A DNA stretch of 61,184 bases, counting the filler, from Dimargaris cristalligena (Eukaryota): assembly GCA_003614675.1 (NCBI GenBank). It is 4 parts of 4 records of this genome, joined end to end, with 100 filler letters (N's around TTAATTAATTAA, not from the genome) between each part and the next. Parts side by side here need not be neighbours in the genome. Positions count along the whole stretch, not along the records: positions 15,353 to 30,569 come from ML002903.1; positions 30,670 to 45,878 come from ML002904.1; 2 more parts are not named here. One strand, written 5' to 3'. A model generated the notes under the pieces. The model had not been told where the DNA came from. It made no database searches and saw only the letters and a program-made list of their open reading frames with translations. Within the stretch, counting starts at the first letter, position 1. The number at the start of each line of letters is the position of its first letter. Shown one piece after another: positions 22,290 through 33,800 of the stretch. Made by a program: the position numbers and the translations under genes.

Positions 22290-24473
22290 TTAAAAGTTTG
22301 AAGTGTTAGTATTCACCCACTCTCCAGAGTTGGAGGAGGCGAATGGCTGGCTACGCGGTGGGGTAGGGGCAACAAAACCGATGGTCGAATCAACCCCAGA
22401 GCGACTAGGAAGTCGGGGTGGGATCGGGGGTGGTGTAGACATCGCCGAGGTTGCTGGCGAGGGTCGAGCTGAGCGGGATTTGGGGGGAACAGGTGGCGGA
22501 GCTCGACGGGGAGGAATTGTAGCACCAAAGGGGGGGCCAGTTCCTTTTTCGGTATCTCGGAGACTAGAGTTGCTGGGGTTGCGATGCCCTAAAGACTTCC
22601 GAGGGACGACCGGAGGAGGGAGAGTGCTGGAAATTACTTCCTCATGGTAGTGGGATGCCCCCAAGTAGGACTTTTCGGGGAAGCCCTTGGGGTTGTCCAC
22701 TACAGGACCAACTGATTGGTTTCGCCGTGTGGGTGGGGGAGGGGGGTTTCGTCGAGGCTCTACGACCGGGGTCTTATTAGGGCCTCCTGTCATTGGAAAT
22801 GTATAAAGGTTTTTGGGTTCCGATAACGTGTCACCACCATTGACCAAGAGTAAAGACCGGCGGAAAGGATTATTGGGGGAGATGGTAGTAGACTTAGCGG
22901 GCCTTGAGGCGGTATCAAGGGTGGCCGGGCCGGGTTGGCCGAAGGCGTCTTCGAAGGAGGCAAAATTGTCCCCGCTCGATGAGTTCCCCAGGGATTTGGG
23001 AAAGGCGGGGCTCGTGGGCGAGGGCCACTCATTGGCAAACGTTGATGCCACTGAAGGGGCAGGGAGGGACCCACTGGACGTCGCCGTAGATGCGAATGGG
23101 GAATTGTCATTGAGCGCAAGTCGCGCAAAGGGATTGTAAAGCGAATTGGAGGCAATCGATGTCGGTGGCTTTGCGTCCCGATTAAGACTGCCCGGGGTAC
23201 CCGTATCTTCAAAAGTGGATTGCGAACTGCTTGACGCAGCCGCCAGGTCGCTAAAGGGATCCGAAGGACTCGACTGGGTCGTGGGCATTGGCTTGGTATC
23301 CTTCTTCGTAGGACGACCACGCCGCATAGGTTTGACAGCTGAAGCGACGTCCCCGCGTCCGAACTCCGCGGCAAAGATGTTGTCGATATCTTCCCGCGTG
23401 CTCGTGGGGAGGAAAGTACCATCTACCGGCTGGCTTGGCTGGGGGGTGGCAACCGCCGAGACGGGCAGCGGGGCTGGCATAATCGGGGCCATAAAGTGGT
23501 GGGGTTTGTCAAGATAATGATTAGTAATGGGGCATGATCTATCGATAAGTCCAAATACTCGTTCGGTTAGCTGGAAAATATCGGGGCGATCCCGGGGGTC
23601 CTCCTGCAGCATCCACCGAATGAGCGAACACGTGTCTTCCGAATACACGGGGGAGTCGGGAAACTGGTAGCGGCCGTTAAGAATCGCCAGTTCACCGGTT
23701 TCCTCGAACGGGGTCACCAAGTAGCACAGCTTGTAAAACAGCACCCCGAGGGCCCAGATGTCGATTTTTTCGGTCAGACCGTATTTCAGGTATAGGTCAA
23801 TCAGTTCTGGGGCTCGGTATTCCAAGGTGGTGTTCAACTGAACGTCTTCTTCCAGATCGCCGACCTGCTTGCGAGTTAGCTGGGTACCCCCCCGTATCCG
23901 CTCGCGGGTGCACGAGCCAAAATCACAGAGTACGAACCGTGTATGGTTACTGGAGATGAGAATATTTTCGGGTTTTAGATCACGGTGAATAATGGGCGGG
24001 TCCTGGTAGTGCAAGTGGGCCACGGCCTGGCAAATATGGGAGAAGATACGCAGAATTTCGGATTCCTCGAGCCGCTTGTGCATGCGCCGGTTAAGCAATT
24101 CGACCAAATTCCCCGCTGAGCAATACTCCAATAGAATGAGTAGCTCGAAGCCGGGCGAGTCGGGCAAGGGTGCTGACGCGGCAGCCAGGAACCCAATAGT
24201 GTTGGAATGACTGGGGAGAGTACGGAGGATGTTCACCTCCTGGTTGAGGATTTGTAATTCAGCCAGGTCAGCCGCGGCGGTACGCTTCAATACAGCGACT
24301 TGGTTGAGTGCAGGTACCTCCACCGTATAGACATGGGCTTTACCGCCTTGGGCTAACAGCTTCTGGACGACCACGGCCTGGGTGTCCACCGTCAGCTCGG
24401 TGCCTGGTGGGTAAATCCCCCGTTCAATGAAAGCCTCATCATCTGAAAGTCCTTGATGGTCCTTCAAGTCCAT
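22290..24473 (-). CDS. NAK-family (Ark1/Prk1/AAK1-like) Ser/Thr kinase with a Pro-rich, NPF/DPF-containing tail
   Basis: LAQGGKAHVY, VLKR, LLEYC, HRDLKPEN, LCDFGS, NTTLEYRAPE, KIDIWALGV; tail has NPF twice, DPF and poly-Pro, typical of endocytic kinases. Confidence 0.88.
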   Translation of the reverse strand: MDLKDHQGLSDDEAFIERGIYPPGTELTVDTQAVVVQKLLAQGGKAHVYTVEVPALNQVAVLKRTAAADLAELQILNQEVNILRTLPSHSNTIGFLAAASAPLPDSPGFELLILLEYCSAGNLVELLNRRMHKRLEESEILRIFSHICQAVAHLHYQDPPIIHRDLKPENILISSNHTRFVLCDFGSCTRERIRGGTQLTRKQVGDLEEDVQLNTTLEYRAPELIDLYLKYGLTEKIDIWALGVLFYKLCYLVTPFEETGELAILNGRYQFPDSPVYSEDTCSLIRWMLQEDPRDRPDIFQLTERVFGLIDRSCPITNHYLDKPHHFMAPIMPAPLPVSAVATPQPSQPVDGTFLPTSTREDIDNIFAAEFGRGDVASAVKPMRRGRPTKKDTKPMPTTQSSPSDPFSDLAAASSSSQSTFEDTGTPGSLNRDAKPPTSIASNSLYNPFARLALNDNSPFASTATSSGSLPAPSVASTFANEWPSPTSPAFPKSLGNSSSGDNFASFEDAFGQPGPATLDTASRPAKSTTISPNNPFRRSLLLVNGGDTLSEPKNLYTFPMTGGPNKTPVVEPRRNPPPPPTRRNQSVGPVVDNPKGFPEKSYLGASHYHEEVISSTLPPPVVPRKSLGHRNPSNSSLRDTEKGTGPPFGATIPPRRAPPPVPPKSRSARPSPATSAMSTPPPIPPRLPSRSGVDSTIGFVAPTPPRSQPFASSNSGEWVNTNTSNF

Positions 24474-24859
24474 ATGGGGTTCAGTGGCGGGAGATGGGTC
24501 GGAGTTACGACTATCGAGAAACCAGTGGGGTAAAAAATAGTGCAGTTACGGTTAACAGTAAGAATGGCCAGGAACTGAATCCAGTTGACGGTGGTGTAGA
24601 CGGGTAAGAATAAAATAGGTTAGGTGGCTCGACTTGGAGGTGAGAAAGACGAGCCTGGGGCAAGTGTAAGTGTGGAGGGGGAAAGCGGACGCTCTGGAAT
24701 GGGTGGTTGGAGCGCCTGCGACTATGCCCGCTTGCCAAGGCCCCTTGTCATCAGTATAATGTGATGCGGGCCTGCACCTCCAGTGGCGCTGGCTTTAATC
24801 ATAGCCTATGGATGATCGCATGGGTGTGTATATATGGGGGGAGATACTCGGAATCGTAA

Positions 24860-25220
24860 CAAAGAGAATTCCAGCGCTTGGTGGGGGCCGCTTCAACTTG
24901 AGAGAGAACTGCGCTCACTAGTCGGATAGTCCAACAAGACAGTCCCCCTTCATTCGGGATCCTAACCCTCACGACACTGTGTCGGTGCGGCATGCCATCT
25001 TATTGAGGAGAAAGTTTCCCAGCGAAAGACCGCATCGGAATAGTATAAAGGGGGATTGTGTTTCGTTCTGCACAGCTAAATGCGAACTTCCAATAGTGGT
25101 GGGGGCGACTAAAGAGCTCCGACGGAGAACCATTTCAATACTGACTTCTATTGACAAACTGGCTGCATTTGCGCAGGCCTGACAAACGGGACAAGTGGGG
25201 CTGTCATGAGATTGGGTTAG
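24860..25220 (+). ncRNA. Candidate structured non-coding RNA (unassigned; boundaries and strand uncertain)
   Basis: 12-bp stem 24939-24950/25048-25059 enclosing a 9-bp stem 24982-24990/25030-25038; G-U pairs form on the + strand; TATATA at about 24829; no credible ORF. Confidence 0.25.
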
Positions 25221-26667
25221 TACACCTCTAGGCCTATTACGAACCATATAATTTCATATATGCGAAAGCACAAGTCTTGCAAGTAGAAATGCATACTTAA
25301 AGGGGTTGAGGGGGGAGGGAAATTCTTTAATCAAATCATAGCTATGCATTAAATCCCCAGATGATTTTCCCCTGAAAATTCTCCTTTTTTCGAATTTCAC
25401 TTATGTCACCTGGTTTCCCCTTCAGCAAACTCTGAAAAGTAAAGTATACCTGATATGTATCAAGGCTTTTGGTATGTGGGGATATGAGATTATTGTAGGG
25501 AGCTTGGGAGAAACAGGGCTAGAGGGTGTAAGGATATCCAGCCATTGGAAACGTTAGGAAACACTGATTAAAACTTGGGGTCACTAAAGCACTTGAAAGT
25601 ATACTTGGTGTAGGAAGTCGTTTCGAGAGAGATGTGGTTATGGAATTGTGCACCTTTATTCATAGATCAGGAAAGCTGTCGGTATTTATAGAGCTACAGC
25701 GGGTACGAGGATAATAGAAAATTATGTAAGGGCAATAATGAGGGCTGAAGGTCGGCTATGCCGGATTCGGTTACGAATTAGCTCAGCGCCAGGAATCGAC
25801 AAACAAATGGAACCACTGGGGCTCTGATGTCAATTGGAAGAGGAATACACATGCACAAACCGGTAGCGACCAGGCTGGACCCATGTTTAATCGGGTCGGC
25901 AATGTATGTCGCGAATAGCACTAAAACCTCCCAGAAGAATAGGGGAACCTAATCGGTAAATACTTTTCAATAACCAAGTGGTTTGAATGGTGGGAACTGG
26001 GGGGAATGGACCGGCCTACTCCTTTGAATACTAGGCAATTAGCATTGGTCCTATACGGCCGCATCGATAAATAGACTAAGTCGCCATAGCCCAGCTTCGA
26101 CCTGGACCGTGCCCAGGCTTCTCACTATTACCCCAAACAGCAAGTACTTGTCCGCTGAGGGCCTAGTTCTAGGAGCCAATGTCGTATGGCGGTGGGGGGA
26201 GAGTTGGCGGGCTCCAGGGGCTAGGGCTGCTTTTAATAAATGGGTTTCGCCAAATCACTCGTGCGCTCCATACACCCACCTGCTATCATATCAGCCCCTT
26301 AATGATCAGGATAGTGTGCGCGGTGGGCTAGATAAGACTAATGGTATTTAGCACTGACGCATCTGGAATAGTAATATCATTGGAATCTCTATCACGGACT
26401 GGAGGCCTGGTAGGAAGGGGGGTGGCGTTATAAGGGAGGAGACAGCCTTGATTCACACTGGACCAGGAGGTAGTTTGGGGAGACGAGGAAGTGAGGAGGA
26501 GGCTTCCGAGACACTAAAGGGAAAATAGTTCAATAATTAGTATTTGACTGTTTGGATGGTAAACAAGCAGGGAGGAGGGAGAGTAAACAGATATCAATCA
26601 ACAGGATAGTAACTCGGGAACTTATTTTGAGGGGTAGCCTATTATAAACCCACCAACTGTATCTTCG

Positions 26668-26811
26668 AGATGGGTAAAGTTCAGCTCGGTTGTATAAGGG
26701 TTTAACTAATATGTGTATGGGAAAATCGGTGGGATATTTATTTTCAACCAGTAGTATTTGCCTCATCAAATGGATTTTGCGTTATACAGCCTGGCTGAAC
26801 TACTCCCAGAT
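26668..26811. mobile_element. MITE-like element, copy B (144 bp)
   Basis: AGATGGGTAAAGTTCAGCTCGGTTGTATAA ... TTATACAGCCTGGCTGAACTACTCCCAGAT; opposite orientation to copy A. Confidence 0.72.
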
Positions 26812-28240
26812 GTAAAAATAATGCAGCATTTGCCTATTGCTTTTGGAATTATAGGTAAAGGCTGGGCCAGCGTACAACGGATGGCAATGTGTATTAAAAT
26901 TCTATGTAAATTTATGACGCGCATTGTGGACTTGCTAACCAGAAACTAATACCATGTTGATGAATGGCAGAATGGAGTAATCCAAGCGTTTGATGCCACT
27001 ATTCAGCTCTATTCCAGTGGATACCAGTCCAAAAGAGTACTATACTATTCAGCCACGCCACTTTGTGAGCCCAGACTAACCATTTTGTAAAATTGCTCTC
27101 GGTAAGTACCATGTTCCGCCATTAGTGGCTACAACCGGGTATGGGGTGTATTGTCACATTCGCACTAATGAAGAGCATTAAATTCAGACGAGCTCCGATA
27201 CCTCTTGGCCTACATTCATTCAAAAAAAATCCGGATAAGCTATTAGTTCAGTTCATAAATATTCACGGCATGTATACAAGGTCTAAATGAAATATAATGT
27301 TTGATATGCAAAAATGCCACCATATTTACCCTGGTAACCCGGATCTGGCCAATTATCTACTCATTATAGAACCTAGTCGAACCAATTCTCTGTTGAAATG
27401 CTCGGTGTTGTATTTATATGTAAAATAACAGTCGACCAATAAATATGCGTCCAACATTGTAGATGAAATCAGTATATGCAATTGCCCCGCTGGGAGGGGG
27501 AAATGCTTGACCCAACACTGAGAAGTTCGACATCACAGGGCATTATTGCTACGGGTGGTTAGCGTATTAATCGCTGATTATCAATTTGGTATATCAGACG
27601 TTATTCTATATTTCTGCAAAGTGCTTGAGAGTAAATGCTTAATTAATCACACTAATCCTTTACTGTCTCTGACTCCATTATTAACAGACACTGTTTGGCC
27701 AGCACTAGGAGGAAAAATGACACTCCTGGTGGAGTCTGTGAAACTCAGCCAGTGTAAGTGTACTGCCTGAGCAGTCAACGGAACCATAGATAAACATAAT
27801 GACATGGCTATTCAAGTGTTTTGGTAATGGATTACTTTGATTTATTAAAGGTTTGTAGGCTTGGTTACCATGTGATTGAAATTTGGTAGTCATCCATGGG
27901 TATTCCGTAGTATTTTTGGTGAATTTTTATTTATATCCCATTTTACTATTATTGGTTTTTAATTTTAGTTAGTCTATTTATAATAATGAAGAAAAGTAGC
28001 TTTGTAGCCCAAGAATTGGTGGAAGAGAAAAAATTATCTTCACCAAAGTCTTTCCTCTTTCCTCTCTTGCCAAAGGATTGCAGTGTTCTGATGTAATTTC
28101 ATTAAAGCATTCATGAGCAACTATCACTTTGATTAGGGCAGCAGTAAACTAAAGAAGAGGTATTTAACCCCACAAATTTTCTTCTAATTTAGGAAGAGGA
28201 TAACTGTGACTATAAGATATATTATTTCAGGTACACACAA

Positions 28241-28799
28241 TGTCAGCCCTTCTAATTCAACTTAATCCAGGCATAATGATTGTCCATCCCTATTAGGCCT
28301 TATAGTGCCATATTAACCTTCCCATAGTCACCCCTGGTACTATGGGGCCCTCCTATATCATATAACCCTTCCCCTTCCAGGCCCTGTCTCATCACACTAA
28401 TCACTTGAGTGCTGATCCAAAGACTCTTCCAGTTACCCTCAGAGTCTTCTGGATACTAACAGCAATCTGGTTGGCCTATTCTACCATACCTTAGTCTTAG
28501 TAGTATCCTCCTTCAGGGACCTCCCTCTGGAGTTGTCCCCTGCATATATATAACTGGGCCCCATTGGGACTGGTTAGATTCCTTAACTTATTCTTACCCC
28601 CTTAGTTTATCCTAATAAGCTCTATATATCCTCACCCCCCTTATATTAACTAGTAAGTGTGCCCCCTGCACATCCCTGGCCTGAACCTGCATTTACAGCC
28701 TTTACTAGTTAGTACCATGTCCCCACCTAACACTAGGACCTGCTTGGCTGAGTCTAAGCCCCATTTACCATTAGAAGCCTACCCCCAGGACTCTTGACA
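28241..28799. mobile_element. Solo-LTR-like retroelement relic (559 bp, TGTCA...TGACA termini)
   Basis: 5-bp inverted termini starting TG and ending CA, internal TATATATAA, no CpG, and a diverged reverse-complement copy at 45979-46791. No target-site duplication is visible. Confidence 0.7.
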
Positions 28800-30569
28800 G
28801 GTGAAGAGTGGTTAACCTGGGTAACACTCAATAAATTGAATCTATTAAACCATCCTTTGTTTATTCTATGAAAGCTAATAGCTGAAGAAGTTGGGTCTGC
28901 TATTATCATTAAATAATATTTTTATTATTCCTGCCACTGTTTATATTTTCTCTAAAAAATTAACAATTGAAAAAAAAACACTTACTGACTTTATGGACCT
29001 ATTTTTGAGGCTTATCACCAAAAGACCTATTGTGATTGTGAACCCTCTAAACCCCAGTACCAGTTTCATTGGCTATATTCACCAGTCAAGTCCCATTGAC
29101 TCCACCAGGGGTGCCATTTATTAGAAATCACCTGACCTATTACAATTCTCATTCAGCTCTTGTGAGTACTATTTTATTCACTTTATAATGACTGTCCCCT
29201 TCTGGTTATGGGTGCATCCTCTATTCAATAAAACAACTCAACTGGAGTTGTTGGTTTCTCTTTGCGGCTTTCTTCCATATTCATTATTATTTTTCTTAGT
29301 GATTTTTCTCTCATACAATAAAGCTAGTGGTTTTCATTTATTCTTTCATTCATTTGAAACATTCTAACACCATTTTCCCACCTAGTGTTGGCCCAACACA
29401 GCACTAAAAATAAAATAATAGCTAATATATCAATTCATTTATATTAATATTTATTTAAGGGTGATATCCATTAAAGTGTGCTGTCCATAATCCCCTATTT
29501 TTATAATAATATAGGGCCTAAACAGGAGTGTCCAAGGTAGCCCCACTGGCTTCTTCTGTGCAAATTATACAGCTTAACCATGCTAATAGCCAATGTAGAT
29601 CTATTGATTGATATTTCATTATATATTACATGGGACTGGATTTGATGTTCTTGAACCCAAGATATATTAACTAATAAAGCCTTAGACAATTGTATAAGGG
29701 CTAGTGAAATTTGGATATGATTAAATAATATATTTTATAGCTGAATTTCATTAAACAGTAGGTTTATAGTATTACGTGGCAATAGGGGTCAAATGGGACA
29801 TTACATAGCCAGTTTATTGTATAAGGATGTCAAAGGAAAGTCCCTCCCAGAGCTAGGGGGAAGCGGGAGCTCTTTGTTTTGATAACAACTGGCTAAATAA
29901 GCCCGTCCTGCTAACTGTTGCACTAATGCTGCTATTGGTCAAATGGGTCATTACAATACTACAAGCCTGCCATATGCTTAGCACACAGGAGTGAACCAAT
30001 CCTACACGTCTCTCCAGTTGCTATTTAGTATTGGTTAGACCCTCCCCCCTTATCCAGTTGAATACATATAGGGCCATGGAATGCCCAACCATTCCCTGTT
30101 TTTGGGCAACTCGATGCCAGTGCCTGAATAAAGCCTGCCTAAGTAATGTGGTGGTAAATATAAGGAAGGGAAAAAAATAAACCATAGATAGGTTCAAGCA
30201 ATACTCCCAATAGCACAAAATCTAAATCACTCTATTAGAGGGTTGGCAACAGCTCGTATTGAATAAAGGAATGGCGATTTGGTTAATAAAAAAACGACGT
30301 CTCCGAAGCCACGCTGAACTGGTGCAGTGGATGCTTGTGTATTTCTGGTGATAGACCCATTGAATGCAACATATGGGGGATTCAACGGGAACCCCAAGGT
30401 CGATGTATGGCTACACTGCTTTTGTGACCCCCTCCTACTAAAGATAGCATCCATCGAAGAGGGGTAGTACTTCCATGGTGGATTATAGATACTACGCCAG
30501 TCAATAGGTATAATTGTAGTAACACGGCCCGGGGATCCGGGAGGGTTCAGCGTGGCCCTATCGGGTTGA

Positions 30570-30669
30570 NNNNNNNNNNNNNNNNNNNNNNNNNNNNNNN
30601 NNNNNNNNNNNNNTTAATTAATTAANNNNNNNNNNNNNNNNNNNNNNNNNNNNNNNNNNNNNNNNNNNN
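30570..30669. other. Artificial contig linker
   Basis: N44-TTAATTAATTAA-N44. Confidence 0.99.
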
Positions 30670-30726
30670 TTTCCCATACACGTATAATGTAAACCCTTAT
30701 ATAGCTGGGCCGAATTTCACCCATAT
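30670..30726. mobile_element. MITE-like element, copy C (truncated by the contig start)
   Basis: TTTCCCATACACGTATAATGTAAACCCTTATATAGCTGGGCCGAATTTCACCCATAT matches the right end of copy A. Confidence 0.7.
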
Positions 30727-30818
30727 CAACTAAAGATGACTTGGATTATTTTTAGTATTAATACATAATTGAATAATCTTCTATTGGACCAAGTAGAATA
30801 AAAAAATGGCCTAACATA

Positions 30819-33800
30819 TTAGCGCTTGTTGGATCGGTAGAACTTGAGTCCTAGTAAGAGTATAAGCAAATTGAATGCGCAGAACCCAACCATGATGAGG
30901 AAGTTGCGGTAGCGATGGGCAAAACTCCAATCCAACTGGTTTTCGTAATAGTCCTGGCCGTATTTGTAAGGGCAGTAACGGCAATCGGACATATTGGCGG
31001 GATCCGACAAGTAGCCCGGGGCCTTGGACAGGAAGGCCTTGACGTAGGAGCCACACGACTGACCGGAAGGGGGCTTGAACGAGTAGAACTCGTCAGGTTT
31101 GCACACGACCCGCTGCTGATACAGGTCGTTGACCAACAGCCCTTCCACGAAATAGTGGTAGGGGTCGATCCAGTACATCCAGCGGCGCCAGAAGGTCGGC
31201 ATAAGCGCATAGGGGATGGTGACACCACAGAACAGCGCCATAAACGAAGCGGGAATGGGGTTTACCATGGACGCCACCACTTCGTTGGGGGTCCACGCGG
31301 CCACGGCCTGTCCGAATAACATGGCGAATACGGATAGGGCAATGTACATGATGTAGAAATAACCAATCCGGCCGGGAATGCTATTGAGACCCACGGCCCA
31401 GTAGAAAATACCAAAGAAACACGAGGCGGCGAAAATCACGTAGGGTAGTTCGGTCAAAACCATACCCGTGGCGAAGGCCCGCCAGTCGTAGAACCCGCTG
31501 GCCTCCTCCCGGGTGAACCAGGTGCGGTAGCGGATCAGCTGGGGTTGGACCTGATTGATGATCAGAATACCCAACACGGACGTTTGGAACAGGACGAAAA
31601 TGCGGTTCTGTAGGTCTACCGTACCGTCCCCCAACTGAATAAAGGTAATGGCCAGGAAGAAGGAGCAGAACACCTGGAGGAAAATTCGGTTAAGGTTGTA
31701 TTCAGGATCCCGCCAGTAGGAGCGGAACATGCGCTTGAGTACAAGGGCACACTGGCCGGGGTAATGCAGGGAAAATTCCTTCTTATCCTCGGGGTTCGGT
31801 GGTCGGTTGCGACTGGCCTCCTTTTCGGCCGCGGCGATTTGGTGGACTTGTTCGATTTCACGTTGGGCCACCGGGGACTCCCGCCATATATCCGGCCAGC
31901 TTAAATCGGACTTGGAACCAATGACGTCGAGAATGTACTCGGCTGGGTTAGCCGTAGGGGCACAGGGGGCGGCACCGTGGGATTCGAAATAGTGAATAAG
32001 GGTTTCGCAGTTATGCCCCAGGTCACCAAAGTACACCGTGTTACCACCGGGCGCCAGGAGCAGCAACCGATCGAATTGCTCGAACAGCAGTGAACTGGGC
32101 TGATGAATGGTACACAACACCGTTTGGCCTTCCGCTGCCAGTTTACGGAGGAAGCGCACGATACTGAAGGAGGACTGGGCGTCCAACCCGGAAGTGGGTT
32201 CGTCGAGGAACAGCACCTTGGGTTTGGCCACGAGTTCGACGGCAATGGTCAGGCGCTTGCGCTCTTCGGTCGATAGCCCGATACCCGACTCCACGGTACC
32301 CACCATGGCGTCGGCAATCTCGTCCATCTCCATAAGGTCTAGGACCCGCTCCACAAAAGTGTATTTCTCCGCCTTGCTCACACTGGCAGGTTGCCGTAAT
32401 TCAGCGGAAAACTGGAGGGCTTCCCGTACAGTGGTGGACGGATTGTGGATATCCATTTGTTCACAATACCCGGTCTGCCGGCGTAGGGCCCGGGTAAGCG
32501 GTTCACCGCTCAACAGAATCTCACCCTCAATACGACCCACGTTCTTACGTTGGGCCAGCACGTCCAAAAGGGTGGTTTTACCGGCACCACTCGCTCCCAT
32601 TAGGGCGGTCATTTGGCCCGGTTTCACGTAACCGTTGACGTCGTTGAGCAGCTGAATTTCGGGGGCGCCGCGCTTCGGACCCGGTACAATGTACTTGATA
32701 TTCTCCCAGCTGAGGGTCAGGCCGTTGGCCGCTCCCTTCGGGGCACCACCCCCGTCATCGGTGACGCCACCCAATTCTCCGGCGGGCATCTTGGGACCGG
32801 CCATGGGAATAACGCTGGCGGGGTTATTGTAGTTGACGTTGGGGTTCACATTGTAGTTGTTGACAAGGTTGGGGTCAGCGTTGTAGTTGTTGACGAGGTT
32901 GGGGTTGACGGTGTAGTTGTTGATGAGGTTAGGGTCACCCACCACTGGATCACCGGCCGGATTGACCACCACCGGGGGAGGGGGAAGAGGAGCTCCGCCC
33001 ACTTGAGTCCTTCGGAGTCGAGTCCTGCGGCCCAGGCGATTCTTTGCCATCGACAGCATGCGCTTGCCCATCGAGTGCTTGAACACATTAGTGCTATAGC
33101 CACCCCCACTGAATTCGAGGGTTTCGACAGCAATCATGGCCAGAATCACAAAGAGGGCGTAGAAACACATGACGGCGACGAAATCACGCCAGAGATCATT
33201 GGATTTAAACCCGTTGGAGGCCCGGATATAGTCCTCGCCGCGCACGATGGTGGTCCCGGGCCGGGAGCCGGCCAGGGTGCACACTTGGTGGGCAATGTCG
33301 TTGTATTGAGGGGCCCCACTGGGGATCAGCTGGGCGCCGGAGCACCGGATGAGTAGGCCCTTGAATTCGTTGGAGACGAGGGCCTTGAGTCCGTAGGCGA
33401 TGGGGTTGATCCAGTATATCCATAGGACCCAGCCCCCCATCGAATGGGGGGGGAATAAGATAACCAGTCAGGAGGATAAACATGAGCAAAAATATACCAG
33501 ACACGGCGTGGGCCGTATCTAAATCGGGACAGGCGTTACCAATCAGTCGGAATAGAGCAGTCAGGCAAAGTGTCGTGCCGAACAGGATCAACATGAAAAT
33601 GAAGAACTTGCCCGCATTGGCCTGCAGTCCCGTCATCCAGTACAAAATGGCCGAAAACACAACGACTTGGACAAAGGCTATCGGAATATCACTCAACAGC
33701 TGGGCCAAGTAGAGGGCGCTGGGGTGGTAAAAGGCGAATGATTTCTGCTTATAGAGGATCGGTCGATTGGAGAAACATTTGGGGATTTCCGAGTTGGCCA

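Noticed and set aside
25300..27900. Short ORFs in the AT-rich region, and likewise in 36000-39400 and 54400-58900
   Set aside because: No recognisable motifs or phase-consistent exon chain found by eye; a small or highly spliced gene cannot be excluded.
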